Below the pieces are notes generated by a model. The model worked only from the letters and a program-made list of their open reading frames with translations, was not told the origin of the DNA and made no database searches. 64,000 nt of DNA from Klebsormidium nitens (taxonomy: Eukaryota; Plantae; Klebsormidiophyceae): NCBI GenBank assembly GCA_000708835.1, contig DF237007.1:197291-261290 (forward strand). The letters run 5' to 3'. Within the stretch, counting starts at the first letter, position 1; each line of letters begins with the position of its first letter. Positions 12,990 to 28,828 of this stretch are shown piece by piece. Position numbers and translations under genes: made by a program.

Positions 12990-13708
12990 ACCTTCAGAGC
13001 AAGTACTACCCTGTGCTCTTTTGCCTTTTGCCCCTTGTCTTTGAAGCAATGGCGCGGGCTGTGCGCTGAGAGTCAGACGGTGTGGTTGTGTAACTGACAG
13101 TTTAGGGGCTGCGCGGCTTTCTGGTAGGGCCTGCGTTCAGCTTGCATTGGTTTCCTTGTTCAGCAAAGGTCTGTGGGTCCAACGAGAGCCTGGACTGCAA
13201 ACAGCGGGTTTGCCAAGCAGTATCCCTCTCTGGCGCAGCGACATTGCTCGGCCCAGTCACCTCTTTACAAGATGTGACGCCCTGCTCATCTCGTCAAACG
13301 GCTCGGCGGCGTTGGATTTCTTTGGCAGCTGTCCATTAAGAATCTGTTACGCATAGAGAGCGATGAGCTTTGCTGGGGCCAAGGACGAAGCGCGCCGCTG
13401 GTTCAACCAAAGCATGCCTGGTTTCTCATTCTCAGGTTTTGCTGGGGCCAGGAGCCTGGGGGCGACAGAATTGTGCATGGGCTCTGAGACAGCCAGCTAC
13501 TTGGTAAACCAGTAAACCCTCGATAGTCTTTGCTTGAGAAACTTAATCTACCTGACAGCTCGCATGCGCTGCCCTTCAGGACAACATGTACACTTCCAAA
13601 GTCACGAGCTGAATTTGGAGCATAGTTACTAGCATCAGCTAGAAACGCCCTTTACTTACCACCCCAGAGTGAGGTTCTTGTGACTTTGCCCCCCCCCTCC
13701 CTAGGGCT

Positions 13709-14557
13709 ATGTCCCCCCTGAAGGCCTCCCCGATGCGCTCCCGCTTCGGCAGGAGCGCGAGCCTGCCCTCCACTATTCTCTTCAGTGATAGCGCCCCCCC
13801 AAAAGAAGAGCGGCTCAAGCCATCGCCCTCGGCAGACTGGGAGGAAGCCGCCCGCGACCAACTCGAGATTCAGGCCCTCGCTTCTTCTATGCTGCAAGCT
13901 GCAGCAACCGGCTGTTTCTACATAACGCCCGCTCCTGTGATTTTCAAATCCCCTCTGCCGAGCGATGGGCAAAGCCCCCCAAGCCCAGACTCTCCGCTGC
14001 CCCCATACTGGAACAGGGGGGTGAATGGGTACGCAGATAGCTCAGACCGAGGGGGGGGTGCGAGCCCGCCAGCGCAGGTTCCGAAGGATGAGCTGGTTCC
14101 GGGGGGCCAATACGGTGTCACATGGTGGGACAGCCGAAACGCGGAGGCGCTCGTGCGGGGCCGCGTGGAAAAGTTCCTCTGTCTAGATCCTCTATTGCTG
14201 GCGAATCAGCTGAGGGAGCTTTCATCCTCAGAACCTGCATTCATCGAGGGGGGGCCGCATCATTTGACCAATCTAGTCGACGTGTTTTGGAGTATGGCAT
14301 GCAATTCGGGGGGACGGGGCACCGTTTTACCCCCCCCTGACGGGGGAGGATACTGCGGCGTGTGCTTTGCTGAGATGGGAAGGAGCAGTTGCTACAACCC
14401 GTTTCACGCGAGGGGGGTCCCAGATTGGTGGCGGGAAATGCAGGAGTACTGGGACGAGTCGCTCGAGAAGGCGCGGGAAGACGGGCGCGATGTGGACTGC
14501 ATGTTCTTTTGTGGGAAGATGGGGTGTCTAAACCCGGTGGCATGCACATTCAGGTGA
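13709..14557 (+). CDS. 282-aa protein of unknown function with Cys/His-rich C-terminus, copy 1
   Basis: Uninterrupted ORF preceded by a conserved acceptor (CCCTAG|GGCTATG). The paralog at 37283-38131 has the same length. Motifs CGVCFAEMGRSSCYNPFH and CMFFCGKMGCLNPVAC. Confidence 0.8.
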   Translation: MSPLKASPMRSRFGRSASLPSTILFSDSAPPKEERLKPSPSADWEEAARDQLEIQALASSMLQAAATGCFYITPAPVIFKSPLPSDGQSPPSPDSPLPPYWNRGVNGYADSSDRGGGASPPAQVPKDELVPGGQYGVTWWDSRNAEALVRGRVEKFLCLDPLLLANQLRELSSSEPAFIEGGPHHLTNLVDVFWSMACNSGGRGTVLPPPDGGGYCGVCFAEMGRSSCYNPFHARGVPDWWREMQEYWDESLEKAREDGRDVDCMFFCGKMGCLNPVACTFR

Positions 14558-16142
14558 GTCTCTCAGGCCAACTTTGAAGGGGAGACCGCCTTCCAGCAAG
14601 CAATTCAATCGATTCTTGGTTGCAACAAATTGCGCAACAAGTAATGTTGCACAAGCGTTCGGATGATTTTGTTAGACTGGATCAGGTCAGTAAACGGTTG
14701 TCTTCCTGACAATAAGAGGTGCTTGTGAGATGGAAGGTGTTTGAGGTAGTAGACCATAGTGGTTCCTGTCATTGGCTCTTTCTGAAGAGGAGCATGGATG
14801 GGCAGTAGATGCTGCTTTGCTCCGGTTGCCACCACTTCGACATTCCTTTTGAAACGTGAAATCACCCAGATTTGTCCTTCTTAGGCATCCTTGGACAGGT
14901 CTTGCTGCTTCTATCTGTTTCTTCATCCAGCCATCAAATCACGATGCAACTTCTTGAGGTGTAGATGCCCTTTGCAGGAACTCGATTCTTGTCAGCACAT
15001 GAAACAAACCGCACACGAAACAAACATGTTGCTCATATTCGAGCCTTCTATGTAAGTTAGATATGCTTCGAAGCAAGCCATCTAAGTAGGTTTTTCCAAG
15101 ATTGGATGCTAATTCGGATGGATGTCACTGGCTTTTTCCAGGCATGACGAACAAGCTCGACGCAAGATCTGCCAAGAGACGGGCAGGATACGACGGCGAG
15201 CCACCTTTGGATCCTCATGGATGGCAGATTTAGGCTTGCCAGGAATGTTCTAGCAGCTTCCGTGTTTTCCGGTGCAGCTCTTAGTTGCGGACCATGAGAA
15301 TCGTGAAGCTGCGGTGTCTTCTGCATACGTGCAGGGTTGAGAGGAGCTAAGATTTGGTGTAACGCCAAATGTACATAATTAGAAAGAAAAGAAGACTTGC
15401 ACGAGTAGGTAGTGTGGGGAATCTGTAATTATGTTTCATCCCAGAAACGAATGATCCAATAAAAGACCATCAGCGGCGTCGACCTGTACACATGATACTC
15501 ATGCCATCCTACATGCATTGCATTCTGCATCATGGTATATTCTCTAATATTCGTCGGATCGGCCATGTCAAATGACCGTTTCGTTTGCACAATTGAACCG
15601 CGTTGCATCGAATCGCATATATATATATAAAACACTGTGTGCTTGAAAAATATCATGATACGTCATGCTGATTGCACATGAAGCGTATATCATAGCAAAC
15701 CAATGTGCGGTCATGCTTGCTTGAACCTTGCGCGCAAAACAATCGCCTGTAAAGTCTCAATGTTTTCGAACACATTGGAGGGGAGTGCCGTGAGCTCAAA
15801 TTTCAGACCTTGCCAGGTAGTACTTGATCTCCTTGGATAAAGATCGACTGTACAGCTTGTACCTTCTAATATGCATGGACTACCATGTAGGTATACACCA
15901 TGTACATGACGCGATACACTATAACCTGCAGACAACGAGCATAGAGCTTCAATCAAAACGACTTCCTTGTCTTGTCAATCACTGGTAAAGACGAGCCAAG
16001 AGAGCCCTAAATTTCTATCCGTCTAGTGAAAATGCTTAATGCACAGATCCGCCAGTGAATTGCCAACCATGTTGACAAGGATGGCTAGCAAGATGAATCC
16101 TCATAAATCAAGGTGCTTCTTCAGGCTTTGAACAATGCTCAC

Positions 16143-18597
16143 CTAGACCCTGAAGCGAATCTTGAAGTGAACGCCGTCGACCTCCTCCTCCCTGTCGGTA
16201 CCATACGCTTCAATGTAAATGTACCCGACAGTCTTTGCAAGAGTCCGCCCTGTCGCCCACTTGAGCAGCTTGGAGACGCCTTTCGTGTACAGAACGAGTT
16301 GAAGCTTTCCTTTCGCCAGCTCTGCAAGGAGAGGAGGCACCTTATAACCCTACTCTTGGTGTAGCTTTTACGAGCTTTAACCAAATTGAGCTCGTCCTTG
16401 TCAAGAGCACATTATAGACAGACCAAAACGCATTGCATTCGAATCCGAACACCCAACGTCACCCTGCAAACCAGGAGAATAAAAGGTCCAGCTCTTTGGC
16501 AGAGAGTCTAGAGAGTCTGGTTCGATCAACGAGACTCGTCTCGACAGGTGGAAGACCAAACGTATTGAAGATTGGCACGAAATATCGAAATGAAAAAAAC
16601 ACGGACGTTCACTTTGGTTCCATTAGTTTGCAATGTTTAGCAAGAGTCAAGGAAGACGAACTTACGAAGCTCACTCCTTTTCGCTTCTCCTGCCTCCATC
16701 TCCCCAGACCGCCTCCTCGCTCCTCCACGCATCCGACCATGTCGATCTCGATCTGTCTCCTCCACTCGAGACGTCCGCTGCCGGCCCCTTTCTCGTTATC
16801 TCCACCACGCTCCCCTTCTTTACCGGCGAGCGTCGTCAGCTCTTTCACCCCGGGCAAACCGCTCGACACTACTGAATGAATGAGAATTGCCAACCCCGGG
16901 CCCTTCTCCCAGTCGAGCAGCGCCGCGTCTTTGCTGTTGTTCAGGTTCCGCCCTAGCGTGGTAAAGCTCTCAAGGAGGTTGGTTATCCACCGGGGACACT
17001 CTATTTGGCTCGTGTAGAGCTCGCCTATCGTTTTTCCCACTAACTCGCAGAGGTGGCCAAGTTCCATTTCTGCATTTCGAGAAGGAAGATGGTGTAAGCT
17101 CACCCAATTGCTTGTTTCACGAGAGCGGCTCGCCGCGAGATGCCCGCTTTCGAGGAATACTCTTGCTACCAGTTGGCGCGAAAGTGTCATCAGGAGCTTG
17201 ACCTAACAACTCCTTCTCGAGCCTCAAGTGCACCATACCGTTTGCCTGCACATTCTTGCCCAATTTTTAGGAGGCTTTCCATGGATCTCGTGCTTCTCAC
17301 TTGGGTCACCTTGTGGTGAGGCCCCCAGCATGTTTGTCACTTGGCTCGCTAAGTGGCTGTCTCTTGTAAGACACTCACCTTTGTTTGCCAGGTGAGCCGA
17401 CGGCACAACCTCTTTCGAGTAGCGCTCTTTGACCTCTTGAAGCAGGTCAATGACTGTCGCTTCAATAGCGCCCTGCATGCGACGCATACAAGGGCAGTCA
17501 GTGCTTGCGCATCGACTTCCTTCCGCATCCTTCAGCGTACTTGCAAGGACTCGATATGCCGTTGACAGACCTTGTAAAGAATCCTACACGACACATGCGT
17601 AAATTCAGATGCGTATACCCGCTGACACGAAAGTCTTTAGTTCAAGATGGAGGACTTGCTTCCCTGAAACCTAGAATACGCTCAACAACGAAGCTTCCAA
17701 GGTGCAAACAAGAGCATCCCATGCAAGCTATCATTTATTTTCATAGATCGGGAAAGAGCTGCTCACGAAAGATACGCAAGGAGCAATGATTCCATCAGGA
17801 TTCTCTCAGATGACGCGCAGAGATTCTCAAGTAGAAGAAAACAATTTTTCTAGCATAAATAACTAACCTCGGCCTCCATGCTCTGGATAACGCTTGTCCG
17901 GATCGGTCCGAGGAGAGCTTTCTTCTCAGCGACCTTGGGTGTCGCAATGAACTGCTCTATCAGCTCATCGAGCGTCTTGAACGTCTTCTGCCGCCCCTTT
18001 GCACTGTCACTGCGCCAGAGCTCATCTGTGGCTCGCTCCCGCAGCCGAGACTCCGCCGTCCTCCCCGCGTGATCTTCCAAACTAATGACGATGTTCTTGA
18101 CGACCCTGAAGTTGTCGTCCATGTTCTTCCCAATCTTTCGAACCTCCCCCTCCAACCCCTCTGCCCGGGCCTCCAGTCGCGCCGTCTCCTCCTTAATCGC
18201 GCTCCGGACTTTTCCTATCTCGTGAGTGAGAGCCTTCTGGATAGCCCGCACCACATCGTCCGAGTTCCCTCCCCCCCCCCCCTGCAGCAAAATAATAGAA
18301 CGCACAATCTCGGCAGAAGTTATGCCAAAGCTTGGGGGGGAAATCTCAGATGTTTTCCTCTCCTCTGTCCAATCTTTCAGTTAAAGCATGCACGAGACTG
18401 TCAGGGTCATAGGCGTGAGGAAGCCAAGTGAGAGTTTTCAGACACAAACATGCAGCTTCATGCGAAGGATACAGCTCCACTGACAAAATGGAAAGAATTG
18501 GACAGGTTGCTGACAGTTTCATATGCTGAACACCCAAGACTTCAGAACCCACCTCGTTGACAGCAGCATTGACCACTTTTCTTCGTCTACCGGGCAC
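16143..18597 (-). CDS. Multi-exon gene: N-terminal coiled coil plus possible PD-(D/E)XK-like nuclease domain; one apparent frameshift
   Basis: Phase-compatible exons 18281-17868, 17472-17379, 17069-16666 and 16321-16143; the first exon near 18597 is uncertain. Adding one G in a G-run near 16703 gives IEIDMVGCVEERGGGLGEMEAGEAKRSELQLAKGKLQL. Confidence 0.45.
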
Positions 18598-20619
18598 TGC
18601 TGAAGATGCTCTCCCTGCAGCAAATGGACAATGTTGCCTGCTTCAGCAAGCCCAACCGCAGTTGAGGTGAACGTAAAACGGGATACTCGATGACAGTGAC
18701 ACCCTGACGAGGTAGGGACTGAAGATTACCACTCTGTCTCATGTGACACACTCCCGGGCTTCTGGAGGGTACCTGGCTGATCCACAAGCAACAAAGTATG
18801 GGAATTACAAAAGAAGGACTGCAGATATCAAAATTCCTTCCCATTGAACGCTCCCATGAAAAAACTCATCCCACAGGGGTCCAAACAGATGGGGTTTTTG
18901 GTCCATGTAACATCACATGACTCTGACACATTGTCTACTTGTCATCAGGACATGGGATGTTCTGCAATGATTGACGGGCTTGCAGGGCATACACAGTGGT
19001 ACAATTGTGGTACAACACTTCTTCACAACCAGCGGTCGTATGACGTTTCTCAACCCCTATGCGCATTCGGCTTTATGCAGAAGTTGGTTAAGAATCTATG
19101 CTGCACCAGAGCCGTTGGTTGAGTCATTTAATTGAAGCTGGAGCAGCATGCCTACTCAACCTGGATGCAGAACCCCTCCATAGAAGCAACACCACATTGT
19201 CAAATGAAAACTAACCTCTGCTTCCGAAGCCCAGCCCTGCTGCCTGACCCCTGTCCACCTTTCCCAAATGCTCGCAGCTTGTTTGAGCTGGAAGAACCAT
19301 TCTCAGCGGCAAGCTTCCCAATGCCGATGCCATGCTTACTGCAGACTAACCCAGCGCAGGAAAGACTCTGTCAGACCCACCTCCGTCCGCTCAAGTGCTA
19401 AATTCGCTGCAAGAAAAGCAGCTCAATGATCTCTGTACAGTGCTGCCAATGCCAAATCGCAAATGATGCCAATGGCGGATCATGTGTGTGTGTGACACTG
19501 AAGATCTGCAAAAGCCAATGCCAGCATTCAACTTCCAAGTTCAAAAATTTCTTGCTGTCTTGCTCTATTGAGGAACTACTAGAGGTGGAAGAGACAGGCC
19601 CGCCATATTACCCGAGGCTGAAGAGAATTTCTGGGGGGTGTGGAAAATTGGCCTTCCGGCCAATTTTCTCCACATATAGTGTCCATATGATGTCCATTTG
19701 ATGCTGCATATTTATAGGCAAGTTTGGTCTTGAGACAGCTGAGTGTTGGAATACCGACTCTACTGGCCGCCCGGTTCCCAAATAATAACAATATTACGTA
19801 TCTGAAGATCCATAAGCTGTGTGCTTATATAAGCTGTACTCTTGATTTTGGATGACGAAAGTTGCACTCAAAATTGCCTGCAACATGGTCATAGGTACCT
19901 ACCGGTATCACGAGCCCTGGTTGCCATTACTGGAAGTCGCCACTGGCCAGTCGTCCTGATCGCCGCCAGTCGTCTCTTTTGACAATCGGACGGCTCAGAC
20001 TTTACACGAGTATCGTATTACCGAAACCGGCAGCCGACGTCACGGCAAACCTGCCCATGAAGCAATTGTGGCTGTCCGATACGACTTTTTTGACTCTCGA
20101 CGGCTCAAAGTCAGCCTTTTTATTTCATTGAAACTTCGCCGACAACTCTCAGAGCGAACAGTTGCAGGACGATCGCAGAGACAGTCTCTTAACTAGACAT
20201 GCACACTCCCGCCGCCAGCGGCCGGGCGGCGGTACGAACGGGCATGGCATTTACGATCGTGGTTCGTAACCTGCACGACTCTAGCCGCACGTGATCGTTC
20301 GATTTTGTATTTGTCGCCTTCTACTTCGTCATCGGACGGATCACGTCTTGCATCCAATGACGTTCGATCTCAGGCCGGCTTCAATCGAAGTACGGTAATT
20401 GGCCAAGAATCAGTACGTACTGGTCGGTCCCATGCTCAGTATGGCAAGGGGCACATAGGAAGTAGCCGAACTTTTTCCGAACCGATGAAACGTCGGCGCA
20501 AGCCAGCGCAAGCGGTAGATACCGCGGAAAAGTTCGCAGGCTCAACGCGATAGATGGTACATACTTCACGGTACGTAAACTCCCCGAGGCAACTTAGCTC
20601 CCGGGAATGCCAACAAACA

Positions 20620-20716
20620 CTAAACCTAAGCTACATTGACGCGAGACCCTAACCCACACCCTAAGGCGTTCCGCCGCCACGGTGCCCCATCCACCCTAAC
20701 CCCCCGACCTAACCCC
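20620..20716 (+). repeat. Short cluster of degenerate telomere-like/telo-box motifs (ACCCTAA, ACCTAA)
   Basis: Three ACCCTAA and two ACCTAA within ~100 bp, ~600 bp upstream of the HEMC start. Confidence 0.45.
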
Positions 20717-21065
20717 ACCAAAGCCACTCGGTTGCTCGGATTGCTGGTGGCTCTGGCGTCGACAGGCATACGATTCCGAAAAAGTTCGGCTACTTTGTCC
20801 GTTTTGCCTCGGTATGACTCTGGTATTACTCCGACTCCGAGTCCCCTAACTATAACTGCTTCGATCTGCACTAGCTAAACCGTAATACGACACTCTATGC
20901 GCGCGCACACCTCCGCGCACATGCGGCCACGTTCCGACGCGCGGGCGCATTCACTGCATACCGTGGTAATATGCTCTTCAGTAGGATCCGATCAATCGAA
21001 GAGCTCCAAGCCGAGTGCCCCCTGCATCAACGTTCGACAACGCTAAATCTTATCCACAACTTCAT

Positions 21066-21105
21066 CCAATTTTATGCACGAAGCTACCTATAATAGAGCC
21101 TGGGC
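21066..21105 (+). promoter_or_regulatory. Possible HEMC core promoter (CCAAT, TATA-like CTATAATA, TGGGCC)
   Basis: Motifs lie 210-250 bp upstream of the HEMC ATG. Short motifs only; no transcript data. Confidence 0.25.
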
Positions 21106-21314
21106 CAGGCTGAGCTGGGCACTGGGCAGTTCAACTTCGAGCTGGAGGAGGAAGAACTTTCGAAGTCGGACGTACGAGGAAGCAACTTGAAGCGCCCCCA
21201 AAGTTCACTATTCGCAAGGGACCTCAGAAGGTTAGGAGTGAAGGCCGTACTTTTCAGGGGGTGAGGTTTTTAGGCCTTGGCAAATACCATTGTGTTTGTT
21301 GGCAAGGGTGCACA

Positions 21315-25963
<4,649 letters not shown>

Positions 25964-27000
25964 AGAAACGCGTTGGGCTGAGTCAGCTCTCGTCCTACTG
26001 AAACAGTGTTTGGGATGCTTGTATAACAGTGACGTTGGACGGCAATCCACTTTCCGCATTGTCGGGCTGACCGGAGAGGCAGGAGTCTACTTGAGGTCGT
26101 TGACCCCGAGCAGATCTATACTCATTGACCATTAGTAATAGTCGCAAGGATGCCATGATGTTTCGTATAGCAACGGGCAAGGTTGGGATTCACCCGGAGA
26201 TTTTCGAGTCCGGTCTAAGAGGTCCCAACTTTAAGCCATGATGATGAGCGGATCGAATATGGGCCTCGAAGAAGCACAATTGCATCTACTTGTATGGCAG
26301 CGTGCGCCCGCAGCCCTGACACATCGTTCATGAGCTAGGCGCAAACCTGGCCAAACGGCCCTGGTCCATCAAAAGCTGCACCAGCTAGGGTACATGATGA
26401 AAAGGAACATCACGTATACACTACCATTGGTGCGGTGCATTCGTTCGTTAGTGGGCCAAGAAAACATGTGCACATGCATCATGAGGGGATCATTGATTGT
26501 GAAAAATTCCAGACTGCGATGCTATATCCTGCCTATCGTGCTTCTGCCAGTGAACCAACGAGTGTCCACTTCGAGTATTTAAATGCACTATATACTCAAG
26601 CTGGAAACATTGTTTGAGTCACTTTGGAGCTGGGGCCCTATAGGGCCATGATGCATGCACGTTGTTTGCACACTAGCTGAATCCTATGCACCATTCTCCT
26701 TTGAATGTGAATACCAAGAGCGCACCCGCTCTACAATACACCCACGAGCTAACACCCATATAAAAATTCGCTCGCAGCTGAAGAGGCGCTGGGATTTTGG
26801 CTAAGTCAGAATTGGCTTTCCGATAAGTTCTCACTCAAGTTATGAGCTTCGAGTTCGGATTCCGCCCAATTTATAGTCCAGGAATCACTATATAAGTTAG
26901 ATAACTTCTAATTCCTAGATCTTTGTCGAATGCAGTCATCGATTATCTACTTTATTCAAACAAACATTATAGACTACTATGCTATCTGAGACCCTACTTA

Positions 27001-27366
27001 NNNNNNNNNNNNNNNNNNNNNNNNNNNNNNNNNNNNNNNNNNNNNNNNNNNNNNNNNNNNNNNNNNNNNNNNNNNNNNNNNNNNNNNNNNNNNNNNNNNN
27101 NNNNNNNNNNNNNNNNNNNNNNNNNNNNNNNNNNNNNNNNNNNNNNNNNNNNNNNNNNNNNNNNNNNNNNNNNNNNNNNNNNNNNNNNNNNNNNNNNNNN
27201 NNNNNNNNNNNNNNNNNNNNNNNNNNNNNNNNNNNNNNNNNNNNNNNNNNNNNNNNNNNNNNNNNNNNNNNNNNNNNNNNNNNNNNNNNNNNNNNNNNNN
27301 NNNNNNNNNNNNNNNNNNNNNNNNNNNNNNNNNNNNNNNNNNNNNNNNNNNNNNNNNNNNNNNNNA
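27001..27366. other. Assembly gap (366 N)
   Basis: Run of N. Confidence 1.
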
Positions 27367-27949
27367 GCCGATCCTGATGCTATCTGCAGCCTATATTTAT
27401 CTACCTATTTCTGATGATTATTCTAGGTCTTCGTCTTCGATCTTCGGCTTTCTTCCCGTCGAAGTAGGTCGCGACACCCCGTAACGTCCCTGTTACGTCA
27501 CCAGTCTGCATCTTAATGGTCTGAAACGGCCTTCTGGAAGCTTCCAAAGCTCCATAGCCTATGAACCACCCTCTGCATATATGAATATCCCTAAAAATCC
27601 TGCGAGGATCACGCTCCTCGTGCATGCAATCTCATAGCATGTCTTGGAATGGTTCCATGCCTGAGGGATGCCTGAGCGCCACAGCTATGAATCTTCCCCC
27701 CTTAAAACTATTGGTCCCCAATATCTACAAACTTGCGGGCCTTTCACCCTATGCTCCACTTCTCTTCCAACTTCTCAGTTCCCTAAGAACCCCTGCCGCC
27801 CAGCATGTCCTCGTCTACCTGACTTTTCTTCAGCAAAAGCTCCACGTTATTGAGATGGTATGGATACACATGCCCCACTCTATCTTCGACTTCGACCAGC
27901 TTTCGTGCCGAGTAAGTCGTAATGGGCCGTTAGAAACTACGGTATACCC

Positions 27950-28520
27950 ATATTTGTCCGAATTTTACCTCCCTTTATTCCGCGGAATATAAGGAGGGAA
28001 CAGTATTACATATATTACACGGTTTACGGTTGTTTCGTCTTCCTCCCTTTTCTCTCAGGGGTATACTACCCCGATTTCGGCCTTCCTCTTCCTCCCTTTA
28101 CTCCGCGGAATATAAGGAGGGAACCGAAACGGAGGAGTCCCGGTTTTGTGACTTAGATTTTTTTTGCAAGTTTCTCTCAGGGGTATACTACCCCGATTTC
28201 GGCCTTCCTCTTCCTCCATTTACTCCGCGGAATATAAGGAGGGAACCGAAACCGCGGAAACCCGGTTTTGTGACTTAGAAATTTTTTGCAAGTTTCTTCC
28301 AGGGGCATACGACCCCGATTTCGGCCTTCCTCTTCCTCCCTTCTCTCGCCGAAATTTCGGAGGGAACCGAAACCGCGGAAACCCGGTTTTGTGACTTAGA
28401 AATTTTTTGCAAGTTTCCTCCAGGGGCATACTACCCGGGTTTCGGCCCTTCCTCTTTCTCCCTTCTCTCGCTGAAATTTCGGAGGGAACCAAAACCGCGG
28501 AAACCCGGTTTTGCAACGTG
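27950..28520. repeat. Tandem array, ~121-bp period, 4-5 copies, immediately upstream of the KDZ transposase
   Basis: The core CCGCGGAATATAAGGAGGGAAC / CCGGTTTTGTGACTTAGA..TTTTTTGCAAGTTT recurs at ~27977, 28100, 28223, 28343 and 28464. Confidence 0.9.
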
Positions 28521-28828
28521 GGCTTCTTCAACTTGGAGCAGACACTGCTAGCAGGATTTGGGCACTTCCTCCTCCTCGCTTCTTTCGCTCGATATCAGGA
28601 GGAAAGGCAACGGAGGGGCTAGGATGGTTGATTCAGCATTTTCTGGCACATCAAAGATGGTTCACCTCTTCCGAGGGTGAACGGGAGAAATGCTGGCTGT
28701 CGAATACCAGGTCGTACAGTGACGAAGTCCAGCAAGGGGGGGGGGGGCGCGCGGGGTCCCCAGGACGTACATGACATTGCTTCATAGCTGCTGGAGCAGC
28801 GGCCCAGGTTTAGAACCAGAGTCACAGT

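Noticed and set aside
20620-20716. True telomere or chromosome-fusion scar
   Set aside because: The motifs are few, interrupted and on one strand only.
26923-27414. ORFs spanning the N run
   Set aside because: Open only because N codons contain no stops.
27950-28520. CRISPR-like reading of this array and of the 150-bp array at 1430-2140
   Set aside because: Whole units are homologous with no unique spacers, no cas genes are present, and the context is eukaryotic.
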